Position numbers and translations under genes: made by a program. The notes beneath the pieces are model-generated. The model searched no databases, was not told where the DNA came from, and saw only the letters and a list, made by a program, of their open reading frames with translations. 64,000 nt of DNA from an uncultured Candidatus Rokubacteria bacterium (GTDB taxonomy: Bacteria > Methylomirabilota > Methylomirabilia > Rokubacteriales > CSP1-6): assembly GCA_963762145.1 (NCBI GenBank), contig CAVXJS010000019.1:128001-192000 (forward strand), read 5' to 3'. Numbering within the stretch: position 1 is the first letter of the stretch; each line of letters begins with the position of its first letter. This document shows, one piece after another, positions 19,901 through 30,299 of the stretch.

Positions 19901-20956
19901 CTAGGCGTGATCGTGATGGTGTCCGTGCTGGTAGTGGGCGCGCAGGAGATCGAGGCCGAAGTCGCGCCGGGGATCGTGCCAGACCGAGTGGATGTGGTTG
20001 GCGTTGTTCTGGGTGTTGTCGTACTCGATCAGGAGGGTGGGCCCGTGCAGCCGGTAGTAGTGCGCGCGGCCCGCGTCGAGCGGTCCGGCCCAGGCGAAGT
20101 GCACGCGCTCGAGCCCGGCCTCGCGCATGCGCAGGAGCTCCTGCTCGGCCAGCTCGCTGCGCATGTTGCGCGCGTACTCCTCGATGAGCCGGCCCGCGAG
20201 GGTCCGCTGATCGCCGGTCATGTCGGCCAGCGCGAGGCCCGCGGGCGTGGCGAGGCTGTCGGCGCGGCCCGGCCCGGCGACGATGTCGCCGAGCGACTCG
20301 GCCGCGATGACGGTGCGGGCGCGCTGGGCCTCGCTCAGGCTCTGGGCGAGGGCCCGGCCCAGATCCTGCTCGGCCGCGAGCGTGCGCTGTCCCTTCTTGG
20401 GCCCCGACGGCACCTCGGCGGGGTTCGCGCCCAGGAAGGCCGGGGTCATCGCCACCGGCTGGCCCGGCACGAGCGTGAAGTTGAGCGAGAGATGGTGGCC
20501 TTCGACGCGCCAGCCCCAGGGCGCGGCGGCGCCCGGGTTGCCGAAGACGGTGAAGGCGTAGTTCTCCGGATCGCGCGAGAGGCCGAAGGTCTCGATGCGC
20601 CGGAGCACCTCTTCGAGCTGGATGACGTTCGTGGCCTTGGTGTAGCCCACCGCGCTCAGGCTCGCCTTCATCAGCTCGTGGGCCGCGGCGCGCGCGGGCG
20701 CGGGCATCGCCTTGAAGGCCACGCCCTCGCGGCCGCGCGGCACGTAGTGCCAGTTCAGCCGCTCGCGGTCGCCGATGGGAAACACCGCCCGCCGGCGCGC
20801 CTCCGCCGGCAGCGCGCCCAGGAACGCGAGCGCGGAGCCCGCCATGGCCACCCGCGCCGCGTCGCCCGGCTGGGCGAGCGCCGGGCGCGGGAGCGCGCCG
20901 ACGGCCGCGCTCGCCGCCAGCCCGTGCAGCAGCCGGCGGCGGCTCAGTCGGGACAT
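19901..20956 (-). CDS. Tat-exported DUF3500-family protein
   Basis: SRRRLL Tat signal; WHYVPR.R.G, WGWRVEGHHLSLN, YYRLHGP, NHIHSVWHDP..DFG.DLL..HY...HHH. Confidence 0.85.
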   Translation of the reverse strand: MSRLSRRRLLHGLAASAAVGALPRPALAQPGDAARVAMAGSALAFLGALPAEARRRAVFPIGDRERLNWHYVPRGREGVAFKAMPAPARAAAHELMKASLSAVGYTKATNVIQLEEVLRRIETFGLSRDPENYAFTVFGNPGAAAPWGWRVEGHHLSLNFTLVPGQPVAMTPAFLGANPAEVPSGPKKGQRTLAAEQDLGRALAQSLSEAQRARTVIAAESLGDIVAGPGRADSLATPAGLALADMTGDQRTLAGRLIEEYARNMRSELAEQELLRMREAGLERVHFAWAGPLDAGRAHYYRLHGPTLLIEYDNTQNNANHIHSVWHDPRRDFGLDLLRAHYQHGHHHDHA

Positions 20957-20960
20957 GCGA

Positions 20961-21617
20961 TCAGGAGTACTTGACGGTGCATCCGTAGGCGCGGGTGACG
21001 GGCGTCTTCACCGGCTGGCCGGCCGCGACCGCGTCGAGCGCGGCCCGCACGTAGTTGTTTGCGCCCTGCACGTCCGCGCGGCGGGACGTCGGCCGGTCGT
21101 CGATGGCCCCGGCGTAGACGAGCACGCCCGCCTTGTCCACCACGTACATGTGCGGCGTGTTGGTCGCGCCGTACAGCTTGCCCGTCGCGCCCTTGGTGTC
21201 GAGCAGGACCGCGGTGGGCGCGGCCTTGCGCGAGGTCGTCAGCTCGTCGGCCTGGGGCGGCGTCACGTAGCCCTGCGTGCCCTCCACCGAGGAGATCATG
21301 GTGAGCCACACCACGCCCTGGCCCGTGGTGTCCCGCTGCAGCGCCTGCATGTTGCCGCTGTCGTAGTGCTTCCGCACGTAGGGGCAATCGTGATTCGTCC
21401 ACTCGAGCACCACCATCTTGCCCTTGTACGTGCCGAGGCTCACCGGGGAGCCATTGGTCGCGTTGACCGTGAAGCCGGGAGCCGGCTCGCCCACCTTGGC
21501 GGTCGCGGCCCACGCGGGACGCGTTCCGAGGAGGGCGGAGGAGGCGGTGCCGGCCAGGACGAGGCCCGTGCCGGTGCGGGTGAGGAAGCTGCGGCGTCCG
21601 ATCAGCTCTGCGCTCAT
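20961..21617 (-). CDS. Tat-exported AhpC/TSA redoxin (Prx-like)
   Basis: GRRSFL Tat signal; LEWTNHDCPYV, YGATNTPHMY, YAGAIDD, C-terminal YGCTVKY. Confidence 0.88.
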   Translation of the reverse strand: MSAELIGRRSFLTRTGTGLVLAGTASSALLGTRPAWAATAKVGEPAPGFTVNATNGSPVSLGTYKGKMVVLEWTNHDCPYVRKHYDSGNMQALQRDTTGQGVVWLTMISSVEGTQGYVTPPQADELTTSRKAAPTAVLLDTKGATGKLYGATNTPHMYVVDKAGVLVYAGAIDDRPTSRRADVQGANNYVRAALDAVAAGQPVKTPVTRAYGCTVKYS

Positions 21618-23740
21618 AGCGTCTCCTTGTCGAAGGCTTCGATGATGGTTCCCTCACTCAGGATCTGCGGAAGCACGCGGGGCTCGGCCGTGACGGCGCC
21701 TCCGGCTCGCGCGGGATACACGACGTACAGCGGGACACCGCTGCGGCCGAAGGACCCGAGCGCCGAGGCGATCTCCGCGCTGCGGCTGGTCCAGTCGGCC
21801 TTGAGGTACACGACGCCCTTGCGGGCGAAGGCCTCGGCCACGGCCGGAGAGCCCAGGGCCACGCGCTCGTTCACGAGACAGGTGATGCACCAGGCCGCGG
21901 TGAAGTTCACGAACACCGGCTTGCCCTGCTCGCGCAGCTCGGCGAGCCGGCGCGGGGAGTAGGGCTCCCAGGCCGCGGCCCCCGGCGCCGTCGCGGGAGC
22001 CGGCGGGCTCGCCGCCGCGAGCGGAGCCAGCGCGATCGCGGCCACCACGCTGGCGAGCGCGAACCCGGTGGCGACGCGGCGCCAGTGCGGCGCGGCGCCC
22101 CGCGCGGCGTGGTGCAGCCAGGCGCCGAAGCCGATCAGCAGCAGCCCCACCAGCACGAGCGCCACCCCGTCGGGCCCGGCCTGGCGGCTGACCACCCAGA
22201 CGAGCCACGCGACCGAGGCGTAGAGCGGGAAGGCGAGCGCCTGCGAGAGCCGCGTCATCCACGGACCCGGGCGCGGCAGGAGGCGTCGCCACGCCGGGAC
22301 CAGGCTCAGCGCGAGGAAGGGCAGGGCCAGGCCGAGCCCCAGGGCCTCGAAGACCGCGAGCGCCGCCGCCGGCGGCTGGGTCAGCGCGTAGCCCACCGCC
22401 GCGCCCATGAAAGGTGCCGTGCACGGGGTGGCGGCGATGGTGGCCAGCGCGCCCGTGAAGAAGGAGCCTCCGTAGCCGGGCCGGGCGGCCAGCCCATGGC
22501 CCACTCCGGTGAGGCGGCCGCCGATGACGAGGAGCCCGGAGAGGCTCAGGCCCAGCGCGAACAGCACATAGGCCAGGGCGGTGACGACCAGGGGGGACTG
22601 GAGCTGGAAGCCCCAGCCGATCTTGGCCCCTCCCGCGCGCAGGGCGAGCAGCGCGCCCGCGAGCGCCGCGAAGCAGACCAGCACGCCGGCGGTGTAGACG
22701 AGCCCGTGTCGGCGCACGACGCCGGGCGAGACCTCGGCGTGGCCGACGAGGGCGAGAGCCTTTACCGAAAGGACAGGTAGCACGCATGGCATGAGATTCA
22801 AGATCAGGCCGCCGGCCACCGCCAGCCCCATCGCCGCCAGCAGGGACAGCGACGGCCCGCCGGCGCCCTTGGCCGCCACGGCCTTGATGGCGAAGGCCTG
22901 GCTGACCAGGCCCTGGTCGAGCTTCTCGCGGATCACGAGCACGCCGTCGAGGTCGTCGTCCGCAGCCTCGGGCAGGAGGCCGCGCGCCGCGCGCAGCTTG
23001 ATCCCATCCGGCGCGATGGTCACCTCCTGGGTGGCCGCGTGGTCCATCACGCCCCAGCGGCCCGGGAAGAAGACGATCTCCGCGATGCGCGAGGCCTCGA
23101 GCCCTGGGGCTGCGACCGATACGGTCACCGCCTCGGGGGTCGCGCTCAGCGAGGCGGGCCAGGGGCTCGGCCCGGGCACCGCGCGGCGGGTCCGCTCGAT
23201 CGCGGCGGCGCCGGCGCCGGGCGCGGGCTTGCCGGCGACGACCGGCAGGGTCAGGGTGACGTCGGCCTCTTCCGGGATGCAGATCTTCTCGCAGACCAGC
23301 CACGCGGCGTGGCCTCGCAGGGTGACCGGCGCGCCGGGGGTCAATCCGGCGGGCGCGGTCAGCCGGGTGAGCAGCACGACCTCGCCGGTGTAGCCGTAGC
23401 TCATCAGCGGGCCGACCGGCATGCGCTCGGGCTGCGGGAAGACGAGCGGGCCGGCTTGCCAGCCCGTGGGGAGGTCCCAGTCCAGGACGGGGGGCTCGCC
23501 CGAATCGCCGGGGTTGGTCCAGTACGTATGCCAGCCGGGCGCGATGCGCTGGCGGAGACCCACCCAGAAGGACGCGCCCGGCTCGATCGAAGCGCCCTCG
23601 CCGAGCAGAGTGACGGCGACCCGCGGCGGGCCGGGCGGCGCGGGGGTCTTGACGGTGGGCGCGCGCGTCGGCTCGGCGGCGAGGCCCGAGCCGGCCAGCG
23701 TCCCGATCAGCAGCGCGGCGGCGAGGATCCGGATCGCCAT
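21614..23740 (-). CDS. dsbD: DsbD/ScsB-type thiol:disulfide interchange protein
   Basis: N-domain WHTYWTNPGDSG...CEKIC, TM LNLMPCVLP and ATPCTAP, C-terminal FTAAWCITC. Confidence 0.9.
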   Translation of the reverse strand: MAIRILAAALLIGTLAGSGLAAEPTRAPTVKTPAPPGPPRVAVTLLGEGASIEPGASFWVGLRQRIAPGWHTYWTNPGDSGEPPVLDWDLPTGWQAGPLVFPQPERMPVGPLMSYGYTGEVVLLTRLTAPAGLTPGAPVTLRGHAAWLVCEKICIPEEADVTLTLPVVAGKPAPGAGAAAIERTRRAVPGPSPWPASLSATPEAVTVSVAAPGLEASRIAEIVFFPGRWGVMDHAATQEVTIAPDGIKLRAARGLLPEAADDDLDGVLVIREKLDQGLVSQAFAIKAVAAKGAGGPSLSLLAAMGLAVAGGLILNLMPCVLPVLSVKALALVGHAEVSPGVVRRHGLVYTAGVLVCFAALAGALLALRAGGAKIGWGFQLQSPLVVTALAYVLFALGLSLSGLLVIGGRLTGVGHGLAARPGYGGSFFTGALATIAATPCTAPFMGAAVGYALTQPPAAALAVFEALGLGLALPFLALSLVPAWRRLLPRPGPWMTRLSQALAFPLYASVAWLVWVVSRQAGPDGVALVLVGLLLIGFGAWLHHAARGAAPHWRRVATGFALASVVAAIALAPLAAASPPAPATAPGAAAWEPYSPRRLAELREQGKPVFVNFTAAWCITCLVNERVALGSPAVAEAFARKGVVYLKADWTSRSAEIASALGSFGRSGVPLYVVYPARAGGAVTAEPRVLPQILSEGTIIEAFDKETL

Positions 23741-23751
23741 CGCGACCGGAC

Positions 23752-24213
23752 CTACGGGCGAGGCTTCACCTTCTCGAAGAGCGGCAGGTACTTGCCGTAC
23801 CCCTCTGCTTCGAGCTTGGCGACGGGGATGAACCGCAGCGCCGCGGAGTTGATGCAGTAGCGCTGACCGGTCGAGGGGGGGCCGTCCGGGAAGAGGTGGC
23901 CGAGGTGGGAGTCACCCTCCGCCGAGCGGACCTCGACGCGGCGCATGCCGTGGGAATTGTCGGCGTGCTCCTTGACCGTCTCGGTCTCCAGCGGCCGGTC
24001 GAAGCTCGGCCAGCCGGTGCCGGAATCGAACTTGTGCAGCGACGAGAACAGCGGCTCGCCCGTCACCACGTCCACGTAGATGCCCGCCTCGTGATGGTTC
24101 CAGAACTCGTTCCGGAAGGGCGGCTCCGTGGCGCTGCACTGCGTGACGTTGTATTGTTCCGGGGTCAAACGGGTCTTGAGATCGGCATCCGTCGGGCGCT
24201 TGGTCGTGGCCAT
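23752..24213 (-). CDS. msrB: Peptide-methionine (R)-S-oxide reductase
   Basis: [37 protein letters not shown]. Confidence 0.95.
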   Translation of the reverse strand: MATTKRPTDADLKTRLTPEQYNVTQCSATEPPFRNEFWNHHEAGIYVDVVTGEPLFSSLHKFDSGTGWPSFDRPLETETVKEHADNSHGMRRVEVRSAEGDSHLGHLFPDGPPSTGQRYCINSAALRFIPVAKLEAEGYGKYLPLFEKVKPRP

Positions 24214-24246
24214 GGCAACCGCAAGTATAACCCCGGGAGGCAAGTC

Positions 24247-25137
24247 ATGAGTGACGAGATCAGCATCCAGTTCACGCGCTTCTCCGCCTTCTACTCGCCC
24301 CTGATCGCCACGATCGCGGGCGGCTTCCTCCAGCAGGAAGGGTTCGCGCCGAAGCACTCCATCGCGCCGCTGGGCAAGTCGGCCATCGACGGGGTGGTGG
24401 CCGGGACCGTGCACGTGTGCCAGTCGGCCCCGTCCCAGGGCTTCGGGCCCCTCGAGAAGGGCCAGGCTCCGCCCGCGGTGCACTTCGCTCAGATCAACGA
24501 GATGGACGGCTTCTTCCTGACGGGGCGCGCGCCGGATCCGGCGTTCTCCTGGAAGAAGCTCCAGGGCAAGCGGGTGCTGGTCGACCACGGCGGCCAGCCG
24601 CTCGCGATGTTCAAGTACGCCTGCCACAAGAGCGGGCTCGACTTCGCGAGCATCGTGGCCGTGAACGTGCCGAGCGACCAGATGGACGCGGCGTTCCGGA
24701 AGGGCGAGGGGGACTACATCCACCAGCAGGGACCGGCGCCGCAGCAGCTCGAGCACGATCGCGCCGGGCACGTCGTCGCCTCGGTCGGCCAGGCCATCGG
24801 GCCGGTGGCGTTCTCGAGTCTGGCCGCGACGCGCGCGTGGCTCGACACCGACATGGCGCGGCGGTTCATGCGGGCCTACCGCAAGGCGCGCGGCTGGCTG
24901 CTCGCGACGCCCGCGGCGGACGTGGCGAAGGCCGAGGCCTCGTTCTTCCCGGAGATCGACCCGGCGGTGCTCGCCGCCACGATCGCCTACTACCAGAAGC
25001 TCGGCTGCTGGACGCCCCACGTCGAGATCACGCGGCCCGCCTTCGAGGTCGCGCTGGACGTCTTCGAGCATTCCAAGCTCATCACCAAGCGCCACCGCTA
25101 CGAGGACGTGATCGCGCCCCCACCCGCCGCGAGCTGA
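24247..25137 (+). CDS. NMT1/THI5-like (SsuA-type) substrate-binding protein
   Basis: AFYSPL..., [26 protein letters not shown]; no obvious signal peptide. Confidence 0.75.
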   Translation: MSDEISIQFTRFSAFYSPLIATIAGGFLQQEGFAPKHSIAPLGKSAIDGVVAGTVHVCQSAPSQGFGPLEKGQAPPAVHFAQINEMDGFFLTGRAPDPAFSWKKLQGKRVLVDHGGQPLAMFKYACHKSGLDFASIVAVNVPSDQMDAAFRKGEGDYIHQQGPAPQQLEHDRAGHVVASVGQAIGPVAFSSLAATRAWLDTDMARRFMRAYRKARGWLLATPAADVAKAEASFFPEIDPAVLAATIAYYQKLGCWTPHVEITRPAFEVALDVFEHSKLITKRHRYEDVIAPPPAAS

Positions 25138-25205
25138 CCGGGCGCCAGTTTCTGGCCGCTTCGAGCGCGGGCTCCGCCCGCGCAATCCCGCTTTTGGGGG
25201 AGGTC

Positions 25206-25230
25206 CGGAAGGGGGGCAAAGCCCCCTCCG
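25206..25230. terminator. GC-rich hairpin between convergent genes (terminator or REP-like)
   Basis: CGGAAGGGGGGC-AAA-GCCCCCTCCG imperfect stem. Confidence 0.45.
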
Positions 25231-25234
25231 GGTA

Positions 25235-26473
25235 CTACCGTCCGGTCGGGAGCTGGTCGAAGGGCAGATCGCGGTCCACGCGTACGTCCTGGGGCAGGCC
25301 GAGCACGCGCTCCGCGATGATGTTGCGCAGGATCTCGTCGGTGCCCGCGGCGATACGCCCGCCCGGGGTGGACAGCAGCGACTCCTGGAAGGCCGCGCGC
25401 AGCGGGGCGGTCTCCTTGTCCATGATCACGCCGCCCATGTCGAGGAGATCCATCGCGAACGAGGCGATGTCCTGCGCCTTGGGCGCGTTGACGAGCTTGC
25501 CGATGGAGTTCTCCGGGCCCGGCGTCTCCCCGCGGGAGAGCGCGGTCATGGTGCGGAAGCGCGTCAGCCGCACGCCCTGCGTCTTCACGTAGAGATCGGC
25601 GAGCCGCTCGCGCACCGCCGCGTCGGCGATCGCGGGGCCGTTCTCGAGCTGCGTGACGCGGGCGAGGCCGAAGATCTCCTCGAAGTCGGGCCCGCGCAGG
25701 TCGCCCGAGGTAAGGCGCTCGTTCATCAGGGTGGTGATGGCCACGCCCCAGCCCGCGCCGACCGCGCCCAGACGCTGGGTGTCGGGGATGCGGACGTCGG
25801 TGAAGTAGACCTCGTTGAAGTGCGACGCGCCCGAGATCTGCTTGATCCGCCGGGTCTCGATGCCCGGCGACTTCATGGAGAGGAAGAAGAAGGTGAGGCC
25901 CTTGTGCTTGGCCGTCTTGGGGTCGCTGCGCGCGACCAGGATCGCCCAGTCCGCCCAGTGCGCGCCCGAGGTCCAGATCTTCTGGCCGTTGATCACCCAG
26001 TCGTCGCCGTCGCGCACGGCGCGCGTGCGCAGCCCGGCCAGATCGGAGCCCGCCCCCGGCTCGGAGAAGAGCTGGCACCAGACCTCGTCGCCGCGCAGGG
26101 CCGCCGGCGCGTAGCGCCTCTTCTGCTCGTCGGTGGCGTAGGCGAACAGGGTGGGCATGCACATGCCGAGGCCGATCTCGAAGTAGCCGCGCGGCACGAG
26201 GAACCGCGACTCCTCCTGGGAGTAGATGACCTGGTAGATCGGCGGCAGGGCGCGGCCGCCCCACTCCGAGGGCCAGTGCAGCGCCGCGAAGCCGGCCTCG
26301 GCCTTGCTGCGCTGGAAGGCCTGCGCGCGCTCGAGGCCATCCCAGCCCTCGCGGCCGGGGTAGCGGCTCTGCCAGGTCTCGAAGGCGCCACGCTTGGGCT
26401 CGGCGTGGGCGGCGAGCCACTGCCGCACCTCCGCGCGAAACGCCGCTTCTTCCCGCGTGTCGTCGAAGTCCAC
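25235..26473 (-). CDS. Acyl-CoA dehydrogenase (catalytic subunit of a pair)
   Basis: [47 protein letters not shown]. Confidence 0.92.
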   Translation of the reverse strand: MDFDDTREEAAFRAEVRQWLAAHAEPKRGAFETWQSRYPGREGWDGLERAQAFQRSKAEAGFAALHWPSEWGGRALPPIYQVIYSQEESRFLVPRGYFEIGLGMCMPTLFAYATDEQKRRYAPAALRGDEVWCQLFSEPGAGSDLAGLRTRAVRDGDDWVINGQKIWTSGAHWADWAILVARSDPKTAKHKGLTFFFLSMKSPGIETRRIKQISGASHFNEVYFTDVRIPDTQRLGAVGAGWGVAITTLMNERLTSGDLRGPDFEEIFGLARVTQLENGPAIADAAVRERLADLYVKTQGVRLTRFRTMTALSRGETPGPENSIGKLVNAPKAQDIASFAMDLLDMGGVIMDKETAPLRAAFQESLLSTPGGRIAAGTDEILRNIIAERVLGLPQDVRVDRDLPFDQLPTGR

Positions 26474-26482
26474 GATGCGCTC

Positions 26483-27595
26483 CTACGCCGCCCCGGCTTC
26501 GAGCCGGGTGACGAGCAGATCCTTCCAGCGACGAGCGCTGCCCAGCATGAGGCCGGTGAGCTTGGCGCGCCGGTAGTGGAGGTGGCAGTCGAACTCCCAG
26601 GTGAAGCCCATGCCGCCGTGCACCTGGATGTTCTCCTTGGCCGCGTGGTAGTAGGCCTCGCTCGCGGCGACCCGCGCCGCCGCGGCGGCGACGCCGAGCT
26701 CGGGCGCGTCCTTCGAGAGCGCCCAGGCGCCGTAGTAGGCGTTCGACCGCGCGAGCTCGATGCCCACGTACATGTCGGCCAGCTTGTGCTTGATGGCCTG
26801 GAACGACGCGATCTGCCGCCCGAATGCGAAGCGGCCGAGCGCGTACTCGCGCCCCATGTCGAGCGCGGCCTGCGCGCCGCCGATCTGCTCGAAGGCGACC
26901 AGCACCGCCGCGCGGTCCAGCAGCCGCCCCACCAGCGGCCAGCCCTGGCCGGCCGCGCCCAGGGGCTCGGCCGCGGCGCCGTCGAGCGCGATCCGCGCGT
27001 GCGAGCGGGTCGGGTCCACGGTGGCGAGGCTCGTGCGCGTGACTCCGGGGCCGGCGAGATCGAGCAGGTAGAGGTCGGCGGGACCCTTCGCCGGCGCGGC
27101 GAGGACGATCGCGAAGTCGGCCACGTCGCCGTCCATCACCGGGGTCTTGATTCCGGTCAGGCGGGCGCCGTCGGCGCGGGTCGCCAGGTTGGCCGGCGTC
27201 GTCACCCGCGGGCCCTCCGAGAGCGCGAGGCAGCCAATGGCCTCGCCCTGCGCGATGCGCGGGAGCCAGCGCTTCTTCTGCGCGTCGCTGCCCGCGATCC
27301 GCAGCGCCTCGCCGGCCAGGTAGATCGTGGAGGCGAACGGGGTGGGGGCCAGGCTCCGGCCCAGCTCCTCCGCGATGACGCAGAGCTCGAGGTAGCCGAA
27401 GCCGGCGCCCCCGTGGGTCTCGGGAATGGCGGTGCCCATCCAGCCCATCTCGCCCATGCCTTTCCAGAGGTCACGGTCGTAGGGCGCGGCGCCCTCGAGA
27501 ATGCGGCGGACGCGCGTCGACGAGGCGTGCTCGCCGAGGAACTTCCGGGCCTGCTCCCGGAGCGATTTCTGGTCGGGCGAGAAGTCGAAGTTCAT
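26483..27595 (-). CDS. Acyl-CoA dehydrogenase (partner subunit)
   Basis: RFAFGRQIASFQAIKHKLAD, IQVHGGMGFTWE. Confidence 0.92.
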   Translation of the reverse strand: MNFDFSPDQKSLREQARKFLGEHASSTRVRRILEGAAPYDRDLWKGMGEMGWMGTAIPETHGGAGFGYLELCVIAEELGRSLAPTPFASTIYLAGEALRIAGSDAQKKRWLPRIAQGEAIGCLALSEGPRVTTPANLATRADGARLTGIKTPVMDGDVADFAIVLAAPAKGPADLYLLDLAGPGVTRTSLATVDPTRSHARIALDGAAAEPLGAAGQGWPLVGRLLDRAAVLVAFEQIGGAQAALDMGREYALGRFAFGRQIASFQAIKHKLADMYVGIELARSNAYYGAWALSKDAPELGVAAAAARVAASEAYYHAAKENIQVHGGMGFTWEFDCHLHYRRAKLTGLMLGSARRWKDLLVTRLEAGAA

Positions 27596-27660
27596 GGCGC
27601 GAGGATCATACCAAAGGCGCTTGCCATGCGGGCGCGCGTCTTTCAGAATCGGTGCCTCAA

Positions 27661-27695
27661 CCCCTCACCCTGCCTCTCCCCAACGGGGAGAGGGG
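27661..27695. repeat. REP-like palindromic intergenic repeat
   Basis: CCCCTCACCCTGCCTCTCCCCAACGGGGAGAGGGG; same unit as at 57650-57720. Confidence 0.65.
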
Positions 27696-27713
27696 GAGAA
27701 GACGGAGGCGGAC

Positions 27714-28810
27714 ATGCGGGCGACGGCGGCGGTGCTCTACGAGGTCCGGAAGCCGGTGGTGGTGGAGGACGTGGAGGTGATGGATCCGGGGCCGCACGAG
27801 GTGCTCGTGCGCTGGGCGGCCAACGGAGTCTGCCACAGCGACCTGCACGTGATCACCGGAGACTATCCGCATCCGCTGCCGGTGGTGCTCGGGCACGAGG
27901 CGGCCGGGGTGGTGGAGAAGATCGGGGCGGGCGTCGAGACGGTGAAGGCGGGCGATCACGTCTGCTCGAGCTATATCCCGTCCTGCGGGCGCTGCGCCTA
28001 CTGCATCGGGGGGCAGCCCACCATGTGCGCGCTCCGCGACAAGCCGCGGTGGTTCATGCTCGACGGCACCTCGCGCTTCCGCCGGAACGGCCAGCCTCTC
28101 CACCACTTCCTGCAGGTGGCGGGCTACGCGACCCACGCGGTGCTGCCCGAGCAGAGCGTGATCCCGATCCGGGCGGACGCACCGCTCGACGTGGTGTGCC
28201 TGGTGAGCTGCGGCGTGCTCGCGGGCGCCGGGCCCGTGTTCAACCGGGCCAAGGTGCCGCCGGGGGCCAGCGTCGCGGTGTGGGGCTGCGGCGGGGTCGG
28301 GCTCAACACGATCCAGGCCGCGCGCATGCTGGGCGCGGGCAAGATCATCGCGGTGGACGTGATGCGCCAGAAGCTGGCCTGGGCCGAGGAGTTCGGCGCC
28401 ACGCACGTCGTGGATGCCGTCCAAGGAGGATCCGGTCGCCGCGGTCCAGAAGCTCTCCGGCACCGGCGGAGTGGACTTCACCTTCGAGGTGGTGGGCACC
28501 CAGAAGACCATCGAGCAGGCGCGTCCTGGCCACCCACCGCGGCGGCACCTGCGTGATCGTGGGCGTCTCGCCCGCGGGGACGCGGGTCTCGCTCGATCCG
28601 TCGCTCTTCCTGCAGCAGCGGGTGCTCACCGGCTCGTCCTTCGGGGGCGGCCACCAGCGCACCGACGTGCCGATGCTGATCGACCTCTACATGTCGGGCA
28701 AGTACAAGCTCGACGAGCTGATCAGCCGGCGGCTCCCGCTGTCCGAGCTCAACGAGGGCTTCGACCTGATGCTGCAGGGCGAGGTGAAGCGCAGCGTGAT
28801 CGTGTACTGA
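27714..28810 (+). CDS. Zn-dependent alcohol dehydrogenase (class III-like); frameshifts near 28420 and 28520
   Basis: GVCHSDLH, GHEAAG, CGRCAYC...C, GCGGVG; C-terminal YKLDELIS...RSVIVY in another frame. Confidence 0.9.
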
Positions 28811-28837
28811 GGCGCCGCTCCGGCTGACCGACGGGGC

Positions 28838-30247
28838 CTAGCGGGGATCGATCGGGGTCGCCATCGGGGCGCGAGCCTCGATGGCTGCCGCGGCGTCCAG
28901 GCAGAGATCCTCGCGGAAGCGGCCGGCGGTGATCTGCACGCCCATCGGCACGCCGTCGGCCAGCCCGGTGGGCACCGCGACCGCGGGCAGCCCCAGCACC
29001 GGCACCGCCATCTGCATGATCTGGGCGCGCATGATCCGCCGGGTCGTGTCGACGTCGATCCGGTCGAGATCGACCGGAAACGCCGGCTCGTTCGAGCTCG
29101 GGGTGACCACGATCGGCCGCTCCTCCAGGAACAGCTCCCACAGCCGCAGGACCCGGTCGCGCTGGGCCAGTCCGTCGAGGACATCCCGCAGCTCGCGGGG
29201 CGGATGGACGGCCCGCCAGAGCCCCAGGGCTTCCTGGATTCCCGCGTCCCCGTACTTGGCGGCGGCGGGCTCCAGCGCCGCGATCACGTCCTCCATCCCG
29301 ATGGCGGCCCAGAGATCGGCCACCGCGCCGAGCTCGGGCGGCTCCACTTCCTCCACCGCGTATCCCGCCTCCTCGAGCCAGCGGCCGGCCTGACGCACCG
29401 AGGACGCCACCTCGGGCGCCACGCCGCCGCGGCGGGCGGGGTCCACCACCAGTGCGACCCGAAGCGGGCGTGCGACGGGCCGGCCGTCGAGCGGGACGGT
29501 CGCGCAGCGCGGATCGTTGGGATCGGGGATCGCCATGGCGGCGAAGGCCGCGCGCGCGTCGCGCACCCGCCGCGTCAACGGGCCCTGGACGGCCATGAGC
29601 TGCGACGAGATCGTGCGGAGGACGGTCGAGGTGAAGTTCCACGACGGGACTCGGCCGTAGCTCACCCGGAGGCCGACCAGCCCGCAGCAGTAGGCCGGGT
29701 AACGCACCGAGCCCGCGATGTCGTTGCCGTGGCCGATGGCCCCGATGCCGGTCGCGGTGGCCGCGGCGGCGCCGCCGCTCGAGCCGCCCGGCGTGCGCCC
29801 GGGATCCCACGGGTTCAGGGTCGCGCCGTGCAGCGCGTTGTCGGTGAACCAGCGCATCGAGAAGGCGGGGGCGTTGGTGCGGCCGATGACGATCGCGCCG
29901 GCCCGGCGCAGGTTGGCCACCACCGGGTTGTCGCGCGTGGCGACGAGATCCTTGAAGGCGACCACCCCGTTGTCGGTGGGGCAACCGGCCTGGTCCACGT
30001 TGACCTTGGTGGTGATCGGCACGCCGTGGAGCGGGCCGACCGCCGCGCCGCGGGCCAGGGCCGTGTCGGCGGCCGCGGCCTCCGCCTGGGCCTGCTCGTG
30101 CAGTGGCCGCACCACCGCGTTGATGCGCGGGTTGACCGCGTCGAGCCGTGCGAGCGCCGCGCTCACCACCTCGCGGCAGGAGACGTCGCGGCGGCGGATC
30201 ATCTCCGCCAGCTCGACCGCGTCGAGGCGCCAGAGCTCGGCGGCTAT
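28838..30247 (-). CDS. Amidase signature family enzyme
   Basis: GPLHGVPITTK, TPGGSSGG, GNDIAGSVRYPA; the apparent start codon is ATA after AGGAG. Confidence 0.9.
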   Translation of the reverse strand: MAAELWRLDAVELAEMIRRRDVSCREVVSAALARLDAVNPRINAVVRPLHEQAQAEAAAADTALARGAAVGPLHGVPITTKVNVDQAGCPTDNGVVAFKDLVATRDNPVVANLRRAGAIVIGRTNAPAFSMRWFTDNALHGATLNPWDPGRTPGGSSGGAAAATATGIGAIGHGNDIAGSVRYPAYCCGLVGLRVSYGRVPSWNFTSTVLRTISSQLMAVQGPLTRRVRDARAAFAAMAIPDPNDPRCATVPLDGRPVARPLRVALVVDPARRGGVAPEVASSVRQAGRWLEEAGYAVEEVEPPELGAVADLWAAIGMEDVIAALEPAAAKYGDAGIQEALGLWRAVHPPRELRDVLDGLAQRDRVLRLWELFLEERPIVVTPSSNEPAFPVDLDRIDVDTTRRIMRAQIMQMAVPVLGLPAVAVPTGLADGVPMGVQITAGRFREDLCLDAAAAIEARAPMATPIDPR

Positions 30248-30299
30248 GGCCGGCTCTCCTGCGGGGAGCCGCCGAACGTCAGGGGCGGACGGGCCGGGC

